Assembly: GCA_017481265.1 (NCBI GenBank)
Contig: JAFUPK010000066.1
Span: 1-44,605 of the forward strand
Direction: 5' to 3'
Length of the DNA stretch: 44,605 nt
From: Clostridia bacterium
Lineage (GTDB): Bacteria; Bacillota; Clostridia; Oscillospirales; CAG-272
This document shows, in pieces, positions 17,993-27,302 of the stretch. The first letter of the stretch is position 1. Each line of letters begins with the position of its first letter. The position numbers and the translations under genes were made by a program. Under the pieces are notes generated by a model. The model had not been told where the DNA came from and did not search any database. It saw only the letters and a list, made by a program, of their open reading frames with translations.

Positions 17993-18565
17993 TCATCGAA
18001 GCATTTTTTTGAACTGAGGTGCTCCCGTAATGACAGCGGCAGCGGCAAGTGTGAGAACGAGCTCGGGAAGCATATATCCACCGTTATATAAAAGCGAGTA
18101 GAGATATTTGCCCATTCCGTCAGGTGCCAACTGATCCCAGATCACGACCCCTGTAATATAGTGGCAGAGGAAACGGAAAATGATAAGCAAAGCGCACATG
18201 ATGAGAAAGGGAAGCGTGCTGTCATTTTTTTTGATGAGTCGCCCGAGAGAAGTGAGCCCCAGAGCAGTAAAGGGCAGAATATAGTCGAAAAGTACACATA
18301 TCACCACAGCAGCAGGCGTGTAGCAGTAGATGAACACGTTGCCCGCGCCGATTGCCTGACAGAGCTGTATAAGGGAATATAAAAAGGCGCTGACAAGACC
18401 CCACCTTATGCCGTGCTTGTAGCCTATAAGCAGAAGGGGGAGCATGGAGAGCAGCGTTACAGAGCCGCCCATTGGAGCAGGATATATGATGACAAAGCTG
18501 AGCGCGGCTGACATGGCAAGAAGCACACTGCACTCGCATAAGGTTATTATCCTCTTTCTTTTCAT
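17993..18565 (-). CDS. thiT: ECF transporter S component, thiamine-specific (ThiT)
   Basis: Six-TM small membrane protein directly downstream of a TPP riboswitch. Start moved to MKRKRIITL (ATG 18565), which follows AAAGGAG. Confidence 0.8.
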   Translation of the reverse strand: MKRKRIITLCECSVLLAMSAALSFVIIYPAPMGGSVTLLSMLPLLLIGYKHGIRWGLVSAFLYSLIQLCQAIGAGNVFIYCYTPAAVVICVLFDYILPFTALGLTSLGRLIKKNDSTLPFLIMCALLIIFRFLCHYITGVVIWDQLAPDGMGKYLYSLLYNGGYMLPELVLTLAAAAVITGAPQFKKMLR

Positions 18566-18605
18566 TTCAGTGGGACTCCTTTCTGACTTGCTCGGTAATT
18601 TAATC

Positions 18606-18648
18606 AAACAAAAAACGCTTCGCAGATAATACGAAGCGTTTTGTTTGC
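18606..18648 (-). terminator. Riboswitch expression-platform terminator upstream of thiT
   Basis: Stem AACGCTTCG/CGAAGCGTT followed by TTTTTGTTTG on the minus strand, between the aptamer and the thiT RBS. Confidence 0.8.
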
Positions 18649-18657
18649 TTTATTATT

Positions 18658-18740
18658 TGCTTCCTACGCCGGTATTATCCGTATCAGGTTAAAGGGTTCG
18701 TCTTTCGACATCTCAGCCATCCGAGGACAGCACCCCTGCA
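18658..18740 (-). promoter_or_regulatory. TPP (THI-box) riboswitch controlling thiT
   Basis: The minus strand reads GGGGTGCTGTCCTCGGATGGCTGAGATGTCGAAAGACGAACCCTTTAACCTGATACGGATAATACCGGCGTAGGAAGC. This carries the conserved CTGAGA ... ACCTGAT ... GGATAAT.CC.GCG.AGGAA blocks. Confidence 0.9.
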
Positions 18741-18746
18741 TATTTG

Positions 18747-18775
18747 ATTATATCACGACAGCAGCCTGCTGTCAA
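18747..18775 (-). promoter_or_regulatory. thiT/riboswitch promoter
   Basis: Minus strand TTGACA (18775-18770), 17-nt spacer, TATAAT (18752-18747). Confidence 0.65.
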
Positions 18776-18779
18776 TACT

Positions 18780-20831
18780 TTATTTTGTTTCGAGCGGTAC
18801 TTTTGGGTCGTAGATCGTGATCTCCGTGGGGGCAGGCACTATCACTGTCACCTCGGGCAAGGTCGCGATCGGAGTTATAGTTTCTATAGTCTCTACAGTC
18901 GTGTCAGCCTCGGTGCTTTCGATAGTTTCGGTGCTTTCGGTGCTTTCGGGAGTCACGGGGACACCGCCGTTTTCGATGAGGACTACAAAGCGCTGAACGA
19001 TTGCGGAGACCTGAGCACGTGTGGCGTGTCCCATGGGATCGAGAAGGAGAATTCCGTTGTCCTTCGTTCCCGTAATGAGACCTGCCGCTACAGCCCACGA
19101 TACTGCATCCTTTGCCCACGCGGGAACACGTGCACCGTCTGCGAAGGAGCCAAGCTCGGCTGTGTAGGATGTGTCGACTCCGCAAGCGGCAGCAAAGCGG
19201 TACATGAGAGTAGCAAGCTGCGCTCTCGTAAGCGCTTCGTTCGGCGCAAAGGTGTCGGCGCTCTTGCCTAACACAAGACCCGTGGCGGCAGCCTTGTATA
19301 CTGCATCCGTGAACCATTTGCCGCGCGGTACATCCTTGAAGTAGTAGTCGAAGGTGTCGACAGGTGCGTCGGGAGCTTCTATGGATCCGGTCGGAACTGT
19401 GGGAACGGGAACATCCTCTGTGACGTTATCGGTGGATGGAGCAACCTCCGGCTCGTCTGTGATCTCGGATTCCGACGGAGCTGACGGCTCATCCGTTTCC
19501 GATGCTTGAGTGCCCACTGTTGGCGGGAAGGTGGTAATGCTGTCGGTCATGCTGTCGGAATCTTCAAAGGAGCTTGAGCCACTCTCTTCCGCAGCATCCC
19601 CGTCTGTACTGAAGATACCATACATCTCGCATAGCCTGCACAGCACCGTGACGAACATTGCACGGCTCATGTTCTCCTTTGGGGCGAAGAGCCCGCCGGG
19701 CTTTCCTTCAAAGAGTCCTGCATCTACAACGTAGTCGATACCGCTGTGTGCCCAGTTTGTGTGTGCGGGCATATCACTGAACACGTGTCCGGGACAGTAT
19801 GCCCCAAATCCGCATTTCACATATCCGCTGTTTTCCTTGATGAGGGTGGCACTGGTCTCCTCGTCGGATACCGTAAATGCATGGCGCTCCACGATGTATT
19901 CGCCTGCTTCATTTACGGCTGTTATCGTGTAGTAGTAGCTTCCTCTTGGGAGCTTATTGAATACGATGTAGCTGTCGAGCACTCCGATGTTACCCACAAG
20001 GGCATCCCGCTCAACGGAGCGTCCCGTGACAAGCTCACCGTCCTCGGTGTAGATGCCTGCCGTAATGGACTTGAGATTTGACGAAAATGAGACCACCGCA
20101 CCGTAGAGGGTCAGCGCCTTACCGTACTTGATATTCTCGGGAACATTGTAATAGTAGCCGTAGATGCCGTGAGTGTCGGAAACAGTACCGCCTGCGTACT
20201 CGGGCCAGTAGAGATTCAGCGCGTAGAATATGCGCAGACCAAATGAGGTGCGGGTGCAGCGCTCAAATTCAGATGCCCAGAGGATAGCCGCCTTACACGC
20301 TCCCTCAATGGTGTTGGGGATGCTTTTCATTGTGGCATAGGCGGATTTTTCCGTGTTCAGCAGCTCCCACTTCAGGTATCCGAGCTGACCTCTTGGGTCG
20401 GTGTGCTCATATCCGTTGTCGGCACACCATTTTTTTAGTGCTTCAAATCTGGGGCCGTTCCACATCATGAGTCCGAAGCTGTACAGACCGTTTGTGTCGA
20501 TGGCGAGGGCAGTAGGGTCAAAGGTACACTCGATCATAACATTTCCCATGATGCCTGCGGCGGCAGCGGGAGTCAGCTCAAGCTCCTCTGTCAGGAAGCT
20601 GTATACTATATCCTGCACCTTTTCAGGAGTCGGCTTTTCAGCAGGGTCGCCTGTGCCGGTGCCTGATGTTGTATCGGTACCGAGTGATGTTTCGTCTGTG
20701 GTGAGAGCCGTGTCGCTTTCGACCGCGGAGCTCATGCTTGTTGATACGCTCTCGGGAGACTGCGCAAGAGCTGTGATCCCCGTGAGCATGGACAGCGCGC
20801 AGAGCGCTGCAGTAAGCTTGATTTTTAACAT
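18780..20831 (-). CDS. Secreted SLH-domain protein with a lysozyme-like (phage-tail-lysozyme-type) N-terminal domain
   Basis: Signal peptide MLKIKLTAALCALSMLTGITALA. AAAAGIMGNVMIECTFDP resembles a lysozyme-type motif. Three SLH-like repeats (FSDMPAHTNWAHSGIDYV..., FKDVPRGKWFTDAVYKA..., AWAKDAVSWAVAAG...). Acidic S/T/E-rich tail. Confidence 0.8.
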   Translation of the reverse strand: MLKIKLTAALCALSMLTGITALAQSPESVSTSMSSAVESDTALTTDETSLGTDTTSGTGTGDPAEKPTPEKVQDIVYSFLTEELELTPAAAAGIMGNVMIECTFDPTALAIDTNGLYSFGLMMWNGPRFEALKKWCADNGYEHTDPRGQLGYLKWELLNTEKSAYATMKSIPNTIEGACKAAILWASEFERCTRTSFGLRIFYALNLYWPEYAGGTVSDTHGIYGYYYNVPENIKYGKALTLYGAVVSFSSNLKSITAGIYTEDGELVTGRSVERDALVGNIGVLDSYIVFNKLPRGSYYYTITAVNEAGEYIVERHAFTVSDEETSATLIKENSGYVKCGFGAYCPGHVFSDMPAHTNWAHSGIDYVVDAGLFEGKPGGLFAPKENMSRAMFVTVLCRLCEMYGIFSTDGDAAEESGSSSFEDSDSMTDSITTFPPTVGTQASETDEPSAPSESEITDEPEVAPSTDNVTEDVPVPTVPTGSIEAPDAPVDTFDYYFKDVPRGKWFTDAVYKAAATGLVLGKSADTFAPNEALTRAQLATLMYRFAAACGVDTSYTAELGSFADGARVPAWAKDAVSWAVAAGLITGTKDNGILLLDPMGHATRAQVSAIVQRFVVLIENGGVPVTPESTESTETIESTEADTTVETIETITPIATLPEVTVIVPAPTEITIYDPKVPLETK

Positions 20832-21296
20832 TGGTTGCCTTTCTCTGCATTGCAGGGTAAAAAAAGAATTACTCTTCATTATAATAATAGCATAAAATGA
20901 AGGATATGTCTACAAATAATGTCGAAAAAGTTGGAAAGAGGGAGGTGGAAAATTTCTCCGTCTGAAGTGTTTGCGTTTGCAGCATAATTTTGTGCGTTGC
21001 CGGATATAATGATATTACCGCCGGCACTGACCACGCCGGGGCGCCGATTGGTCAAATTCCCCCGATGCTGTTATGCGTCGGGGGAATTTGTTTGAAGTAG
21101 AAAATATTACATTGGGCGGTGTTGGAATTGCGGTTTTCGATGAAAAAACGCGGAAAATGTGTGAACTAACTATGAACGTTCCGAACGGCTCAATGTATAA
21201 AAATTTGTCATATTCATGATGAAAATGTCGGGAAATTCTACATTTAGACATCCACAGAAGATGAACAAAACCGATTTATCAAAGGGAAAAACACGA

Positions 21297-21422
21297 GTTT
21301 TCAACAGATCGAAGTGTTGAAAATATGGAAAACCAAAAAAGAAAGCCTTGATTTTATTGAATTTAAGCGGGGTTTTCCAAGGTGGTGTTGAAAACTCATG
21401 TTGAAAACTCGATGTTTTCAAT
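21297..21422. repeat. Cluster of five copies of the 10-nt motif TGTTGAAAAC / GTTTTCAACA
   Basis: GTTTTCAACA 21297-21306, TGTTGAAAAT 21315-21324, TGTTGAAAAC 21386-21395 and 21399-21408, GTTTTCAAT 21414-21422. These form two inverted pairs and one direct pair. Confidence 0.7.
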
Positions 21423-21621
21423 GGGAAGGTTCTCTTTTTAGGGATAAAACAGGCACTTTTGTCGCCTTTGCTGAAATATACTTTATAAATAAACCATATT
21501 AAGCGAAAAATGAGTGAATATGCGGAAAAATAATATACAGACCATGAACAGACAGTGAGCTCATGGACGGACGAGCCCTCGGAGCCCCTTTCGTTAATGT
21601 GTACAAAAAACGAAGCTGTCA

Positions 21622-21668
21622 TTTGTTCACTTCGCCACTTGACGGAGGGTGATTTGTGAATGTATAAT
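21622..21668 (+). promoter_or_regulatory. Promoter of SLH-DUF4838 paralogue 1 with a conserved upstream box
   Basis: TTTGTTCACTTCGCCAC followed by TTGACG (21639-21644), 18-nt spacer, TGTATAAT (21661-21668). Confidence 0.6.
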
Positions 21669-21703
21669 GTACATATAAAATATTCCGAAAGGAAATGATA
21701 AAT

Positions 21704-24055
21704 ATGACAAAAAGAATTTTATCAGCAATTCTCTGTACCGTAATGCTTCTCAGCGTGTTCACCGTTGGAAGCGTTGCCGCAGAGGACACAGGTCTGCCCT
21801 TTGCGGATGTAAAGAGCACCAAATGGTTTTACGAAGCCGTGAAAACCGTGTACGATGCCGGCTTCATGAACGGAAAGTCAGACACCAAATTTGAGCCCAA
21901 CGCAACCATGACGAGAGCGGAGCTTGTGACCCTTCTCTCACGTCTTGCAGATGCGGACACCAACGGAAAAGCGGAAGCCCTTACCTTTAAGGACACAAAA
22001 AAGACCGCCTGGTTCGCCGCTGCTGTGGGCTGGGCAGTAGAAGCGGGGCTTGCAAACGGATATGAGGACAACACCTTCCGTCCCAACGCACCCATCCTCC
22101 GACAGGAGCTTGCGGCGCTTCTCGTTCGCTTCTTCGATTACGTAAAGCTTGAGATGGACGAAGCCCCTGAGATCGACGTGTTCACCGACGCAAAGAAGAT
22201 CCCCTCATGGGCAAGAGATAACGTGGAGACGCTCCGCAAAACAGGACTTATCAAGGGAGATGCAAACGGCAACTTCAATCCTAAGAGCACAGCAAGCAGA
22301 GCAGAGGTGGCAACGATAACAATGAGAATGCTTGACGATCTTACAAAAATCCGCGAATATCCCCTTTATTCTCTCTCCATAAACGGAGTTGACATTTCCG
22401 CTTTCAAGATCGTTTATAACGAGAACCCCTCCGAGTCTGTGCTCACCGCAGTTGAGGAGATCAAAAAGTATGTAAAGCTTGCTATAGGAGCAGAGCTTAC
22501 AAGCGAGGTCTACACAAGCCTTGACGGAAACGTAATATACCTTGATGACACCATGCACGAGGACGACGAGACCTACACCATCAAGAATGCAGGTGACGAT
22601 TTCATCATCGGCGGATCGGGCGTGCGCGGAGTTCTCTACGGAGCATACGAGTTCCTTGAGCAGTGCGTGGGCTGGAGATTCCTCGACGATTACACCGACT
22701 ACATGGCAAAGTCAGGTAACGTGAATATCGCAGGCGTTGACTTTACGAAGGAGCAGTACTTCATGTACCGCGATGCATACTGGGCATGCTATATGTCAGG
22801 ACATCCTAACATCGCCGCAAAGCGCAGACTCAATTCCGCAACTGCAAGCTTCCCCGAATACGGCGGCGGACTTGTTATGCCCGGATGCCACACCTTCGCA
22901 AAGTATACGGGAACAACTCAGCAGGAGCAGCCCTGCCTCAGTAGCGAAGAGACCTACAGACAGATCGTTGACGGCGTTCTTGCGGACCTTGCCGCAGACC
23001 CCGGCAGATGGGTCATCTCCGTTTCCCAGAACGACAATGGAAACTACTGTAAGTGCGAGGAGTGTCTTGCCGCGTATGAAGATGACGGTCAGTCCGGACA
23101 GATGATCTCCTTTGTCAACCGAGTAGCCGAGGAGGTAGAAAAGCACTATCCCGACGTGATGATCCACACCTTCGCATATCAGTACACTCAGAAAGCCCCC
23201 GAGAAGGTAAAGCCCCGCGACAACGTTCTCGTTCAGCTTTGCTCTATAGATTGCTGCTTCCGTCATTCCATTGAGTCGGGAAAGGCGCTTAATGCAGAAT
23301 TTAAGCAGGATCTTAATGACTGGGCTGCCATCTGCGATAATCTGTACATCTGGGACTACACCACGAATTTCAGCCTATATATAATGCCTCACTGTAACCT
23401 CAGCTACGAGGTCCTTGCAGGCAATATCCGCCTGTTCCACGAAAACAACGTAGTGGGCGTATTCGAGCAGGGTGCATACAATACCGGAGGCTCCGCCGAG
23501 TTTGCAGAGCTTCGAAGCTACCTTATCTCAAAGCTTTTGCAGGATCCTTATATGTCTGAGGAGGAGTTTAACCGCCACCGTGATGAGTTCCTCCGCGGAT
23601 ACTACGGCGACGGTTGGGAAAACATGGTCGAATTTCTCGATTGGCTCCTTGAAAAGCCTTATTTCAAGGCGTTCTGCCAGGGATGCTTCTCCTGGGACGG
23701 CATCGACAGTTGGAAGACCGATGCCTATAAGAACGACCGCGAGAAGGTGGAGGCTTGGTTTGACGCGGCTTACGAGGCGGCAGACACAGAGCTTCAGAAG
23801 AATAACCTCCGCCGCTGCCGTATCGGTGCAGACTTTATGATACTCAACGGTATCTGGGAAGATATGTACACTAACGGCACTGACGAGACAAGAAAAGAAG
23901 TCGTTGATATGGCATTCCATTGGCAGGCAGAGATGCAGGAGTTCGATGTGCATATGGCTGAGAAGTTCGGCGTTCCGAACTTTACAGAGATCACAAGACC
24001 TCCGATGGATTGGAAGAAATGCTGGGGCAACACGAAAACCGAGATCAATGAGTAA
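21704..24055 (+). CDS. SLH-domain surface protein with a DUF4838-like (glycoside-hydrolase-like) catalytic region, paralogue 1
   Basis: Signal peptide, three SLH repeats (FADVKSTKWFYEAV...), then GVRGVLYGAYEFLEQCVGWRFL, which is typical of DUF4838. The second ATG (21704) is preferred because AAAGGA is too close to ATG 21695. Confidence 0.8.
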   Translation: MTKRILSAILCTVMLLSVFTVGSVAAEDTGLPFADVKSTKWFYEAVKTVYDAGFMNGKSDTKFEPNATMTRAELVTLLSRLADADTNGKAEALTFKDTKKTAWFAAAVGWAVEAGLANGYEDNTFRPNAPILRQELAALLVRFFDYVKLEMDEAPEIDVFTDAKKIPSWARDNVETLRKTGLIKGDANGNFNPKSTASRAEVATITMRMLDDLTKIREYPLYSLSINGVDISAFKIVYNENPSESVLTAVEEIKKYVKLAIGAELTSEVYTSLDGNVIYLDDTMHEDDETYTIKNAGDDFIIGGSGVRGVLYGAYEFLEQCVGWRFLDDYTDYMAKSGNVNIAGVDFTKEQYFMYRDAYWACYMSGHPNIAAKRRLNSATASFPEYGGGLVMPGCHTFAKYTGTTQQEQPCLSSEETYRQIVDGVLADLAADPGRWVISVSQNDNGNYCKCEECLAAYEDDGQSGQMISFVNRVAEEVEKHYPDVMIHTFAYQYTQKAPEKVKPRDNVLVQLCSIDCCFRHSIESGKALNAEFKQDLNDWAAICDNLYIWDYTTNFSLYIMPHCNLSYEVLAGNIRLFHENNVVGVFEQGAYNTGGSAEFAELRSYLISKLLQDPYMSEEEFNRHRDEFLRGYYGDGWENMVEFLDWLLEKPYFKAFCQGCFSWDGIDSWKTDAYKNDREKVEAWFDAAYEAADTELQKNNLRRCRIGADFMILNGIWEDMYTNGTDETRKEVVDMAFHWQAEMQEFDVHMAEKFGVPNFTEITRPPMDWKKCWGNTKTEINE

Positions 24056-24066
24056 TTAAGATATTA

Positions 24067-24116
24067 ACAGCCGAGAGGTGCACTTCATTTAAGCTGTATC
24101 TCTTGGCTGTTTCTTT
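24067..24116 (+). terminator. Terminator after paralogue 1
   Basis: Stem ACAGCCGAGAG/CTCTTGGCTGT followed by TTCTTT. Confidence 0.65.
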
Positions 24117-24239
24117 GGCAATAAAGGAAAGCAAACGGAGCCGGTTTGCTTCAATGGAGCCCGGATGTGATGGGTTTGGTACGGTTATAAAGGAAAACAG
24201 ACCCTTCCTTGGCGTTTTCGCCAAAAAACACGTATAAGC

Positions 24240-24286
24240 TTTGTTCAGTTCGCCACTTGACGGAGATTCACCTGCTACGATATAAT
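24240..24286 (+). promoter_or_regulatory. Promoter of SLH-DUF4838 paralogue 2 with the same upstream box
   Basis: TTTGTTCAGTTCGCCAC followed by TTGACG (24257-24262), 18-nt spacer, TATAAT (24281-24286). 25 of 26 nt match 21622-21647. Confidence 0.6.
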
Positions 24287-24334
24287 ATTATATAGTACAA
24301 TATTAAACTAACATTTCCCAAACCGGAGACAACT

Positions 24335-26743
24335 ATGCTTTTAAAACGCCGCCTTGCCGCTGTCCTTTCCGCGGCGATGCTCTTTTGCCTTTTTCAATGC
24401 TTTTTTCCCGTCTCGGCGGAGCAAGCCGAGGTCACAGCGATTTCCGACGTCCCATTTACTGATGTAAAGAGTACAAAATGGTTCTACGATGCCGTCAAGG
24501 CGGTATATGATGCCGGTCTTATGAACGGAACATCGGACACAAAATTCGATCCCTCGGGAGTAATGACCCGTGCCGCACTTGTGACCCTTCTTTCAAGGCT
24601 TGCCGCGGCAGATACCTCGGACTCGGGAGCTACGCTTTTCTTTAAGGACACACGTGCGAATGCGTGGTATGCCGATGCTGTGGGCTGGGCGGTGAACTGC
24701 GGCATAGTAAACGGATATGAGGATAACACCTTTCGCCCGAATGCGCCTATCCTCCGACAGGAGCTTGCGGCACTTCTTGTAAGATTCTTTGCTCACATAG
24801 GACTTACCCTTGAGGAGGACAGCGGCAGCGCTCCCTTTACCGATCAGGCAAGAATACCGAAATGGGCTCGCGCTGATGTTGAGGCCCTACGCAAAACAGG
24901 ACTTATCAAGGGAGATGCAGGCGGTAACTTCAATCCCAAAAGCACCGCAAGCCGTGCTGAGGTCGCTACCATCACCTACCGCGTTCTTGATGACGTAACA
25001 GCTATGCGGGAGCATCCCCTTCTTTCTCTTTCCATAAACGGTGTGGATATTTCAAAGTTCACCATAGGCTATCCTCCCAAAACAACCCAGTCTGTAAAGG
25101 CAGCGGCTGATGAGATACAGAAATATATAGAGCTTGCAGTAGGTGTAAAGCTTACTATAGCAGAGGTGACGAGCCTTGATGGATATGTGATCTACCTTGA
25201 CGATACCATGCACAAGGATGATGAGACCTACACCATCAAAAATGCAGGCGATGACTTCATCATCGGAGGCTCGGGCGTGCGAGGCGTTCTATACGGAGCT
25301 TATGAGTTTCTTGAGCAGTGCGTAGGCTGGAGATTCCTTGATGCCTCCACGGATTATATGGCGAACTCCGGAAATGTGAACATCGCAGACGTGGATCTCA
25401 CCATGGAGCAGTATTTCCTGTTCCGTGACTCATATTGGCCGTGCTATATGACGGGAAATTCCGTTGCGGCGGCAAAGCGGAGACTTAACTCCACCACGGC
25501 AGGATACGTGAAGTACGGCGGCGGTCTTCGTAACCCCGGATGCCATACCATGACCAAATATACGGGCGTTGACAGAGAGAGCCAGCCTTGTCTGTCCAGC
25601 GAGGAAACATATGAAAAGGTGCTGGCGGGAGTTCTTGCAGACCTTGCCGCCGACCCCGAAAGATGGAGCATATCTGTTTCACAGAACGATAACAAGAACT
25701 TTTGCAAGTGCGATGCCTGCCTTGCGGAGTATGCCGCGTACGGGCATTCGGGGCAGATGATTCGCTTCGTAAACCGCATTGCCGAGGCTGTGGAGAAGGA
25801 ATACCCCGATGTACTCATTCACACCTTCGCGTTTTCCTATACAAGAACAGCTCCCCAAAATGTGGTGCCGAGAGATAACGTGCTCGTTCAGCTTTGCTCC
25901 AATGAGTGCTGTACAAATCATCCCCTTGAGAACGACTGCGAAAAGTCTGCGCAGTTTTTGAAGGATCTCAAGGAGTGGTCAGCTATCTGCGAAAATCTGT
26001 ACATCTGGGACTACACCACAAATCACGCATGGTATGTCATGACCCATGCCAATCTCAAATACGAGGTTCTTGCGGGGAATATAAGGCTGTTCCATGAGCA
26101 CAATGTCAAGGGGCTCTTTGAGCAGGGTGCATACAATTCCAAGGGCAACGGTGAGTTCGGCGAGCTTCGCGCATATCTTATCGCAAAGGTAATGCAGGAT
26201 CCTTACATGAGCGAGGAGACCTATTATGCCCACATGGATGAGTTCCTCAAGGGCTACTACGGCGACGGCTGGGAGAATATCAGAAAATACATTGACTTTG
26301 TGGAGAAGGGACCCTATTTTGATGCCTTCTGCTATGACAATTATACCACCATTGATGTTTGGATGCTTATATTCTACAGAAAGAATTATCAGTGGCTTGA
26401 GACTCTGTTTGACAATGCGGAGTCCCTCGCTGAAACAGAGCTTCAGCGTGAGCACGTGCGCCGCTGCCGTCTGCAGTTCACATTTATGAAGATCAACGCA
26501 GTATGGGCTGATATGTATACCTTCGGTACTGATGAAACGAGAGCGCAGATACTTGATGAGACCTATGCATGGCAGGCTGAAATGCAGAAATACAGCGTGA
26601 GCCTTGCGGAAAAGTATCACGTGCCCGATTTCAAGGTCATAACCAGACCGCCGATGGAATGGAAGCATTATTGGGGTAATGAAACCACCGAGAGCACAGC
26701 AAGATCGGCTTTAAAAAGCATCGCGGCACTTCCCATAGAGTAG
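24335..26743 (+). CDS. SLH-domain surface protein with a DUF4838-like region, paralogue 2
   Basis: Collinear with 21704-24055 and roughly two-thirds identical by eye. Same SLH repeats and the same Cys motifs. Confidence 0.8.
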   Translation: MLLKRRLAAVLSAAMLFCLFQCFFPVSAEQAEVTAISDVPFTDVKSTKWFYDAVKAVYDAGLMNGTSDTKFDPSGVMTRAALVTLLSRLAAADTSDSGATLFFKDTRANAWYADAVGWAVNCGIVNGYEDNTFRPNAPILRQELAALLVRFFAHIGLTLEEDSGSAPFTDQARIPKWARADVEALRKTGLIKGDAGGNFNPKSTASRAEVATITYRVLDDVTAMREHPLLSLSINGVDISKFTIGYPPKTTQSVKAAADEIQKYIELAVGVKLTIAEVTSLDGYVIYLDDTMHKDDETYTIKNAGDDFIIGGSGVRGVLYGAYEFLEQCVGWRFLDASTDYMANSGNVNIADVDLTMEQYFLFRDSYWPCYMTGNSVAAAKRRLNSTTAGYVKYGGGLRNPGCHTMTKYTGVDRESQPCLSSEETYEKVLAGVLADLAADPERWSISVSQNDNKNFCKCDACLAEYAAYGHSGQMIRFVNRIAEAVEKEYPDVLIHTFAFSYTRTAPQNVVPRDNVLVQLCSNECCTNHPLENDCEKSAQFLKDLKEWSAICENLYIWDYTTNHAWYVMTHANLKYEVLAGNIRLFHEHNVKGLFEQGAYNSKGNGEFGELRAYLIAKVMQDPYMSEETYYAHMDEFLKGYYGDGWENIRKYIDFVEKGPYFDAFCYDNYTTIDVWMLIFYRKNYQWLETLFDNAESLAETELQREHVRRCRLQFTFMKINAVWADMYTFGTDETRAQILDETYAWQAEMQKYSVSLAEKYHVPDFKVITRPPMEWKHYWGNETTESTARSALKSIAALPIE

Positions 26744-26751
26744 ACAAAAGT

Positions 26752-26784
26752 CCCCTTCTATGTAGCTTCGGTACATAGAAGGGG
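26752..26784. terminator. Bidirectional terminator between convergent genes
   Basis: Stem CCCCTTCTATGTA/TACATAGAAGGGG. Confidence 0.7.
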
Positions 26785-26794
26785 AAACTTTGCT

Positions 26795-27229
26795 TTACAG
26801 ACAGCTTCTTATGTCCACAGCTAACTTCTCCTCGAGGTTTATGAGCCTTTTGGCAATGTCCTTTGATACCTCGTCTGCCGCCTTGTACTCATTGAGATAA
26901 CGGTTCAGGGACTTGACTCCCATGTTGCACCCATCCGTAATAAGATCGGCAACGGTATGGTCGGAGGCATCCATGGCGAGCTTCATCTCCGTCTTGACGG
27001 TGGACATTCCCTTCGCCATAAGGCTTGGCTCCTTGCCTGCATCTCCGTATTTGTGCAGAAGCTCCGTGACCTCGCTTTGGAGCTTGTTGTGCTCTTCCTT
27101 GCACTGTGTAAGATGCCCGAGAAGCTTTTCTCCGCGGGTGTAGTCGAGCACGTCGTCAATGGACTTTGTTCCCATTCTGATGCCTGCGTCACATTCGCGC
27201 AGGAGCTTTACTGTATCTGATTCTATCAT
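26795..27229 (-). CDS. Hypothetical all-alpha (possibly four-helix-bundle) protein
   Basis: 144-aa ORF, heptad-like and charged, convergent with the previous gene across a shared hairpin. No firm family assignment. Confidence 0.5.
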   Translation of the reverse strand: MIESDTVKLLRECDAGIRMGTKSIDDVLDYTRGEKLLGHLTQCKEEHNKLQSEVTELLHKYGDAGKEPSLMAKGMSTVKTEMKLAMDASDHTVADLITDGCNMGVKSLNRYLNEYKAADEVSKDIAKRLINLEEKLAVDIRSCL

Positions 27230-27302
27230 ATGCGTACCATCCTTTCCTCGTATGTATGATTCCCAAAAAGATCAAGGCTTATGCGTAAAAGCTGTGCTGC
27301 TC

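Noticed and set aside
21005-21089. A possible small transcript: TATAAT at 21005-21010 followed by the 12-bp-stem hairpin AAATTCCCCCGA/TCGGGGGAATTT (21054-21089).
   Set aside because: There is no acceptable -35 or extended -10 at the right spacing, and only a weak T-run follows the stem. Noted as a hairpin only.
21170-21622. 150-aa minus-strand ORF in the AT-rich spacer upstream of paralogue 1.
   Set aside because: No RBS, Phe/Lys/Ser-rich low-complexity translation of AT-rich DNA, and it overlaps the 10-mer cluster and the plus-strand promoter.
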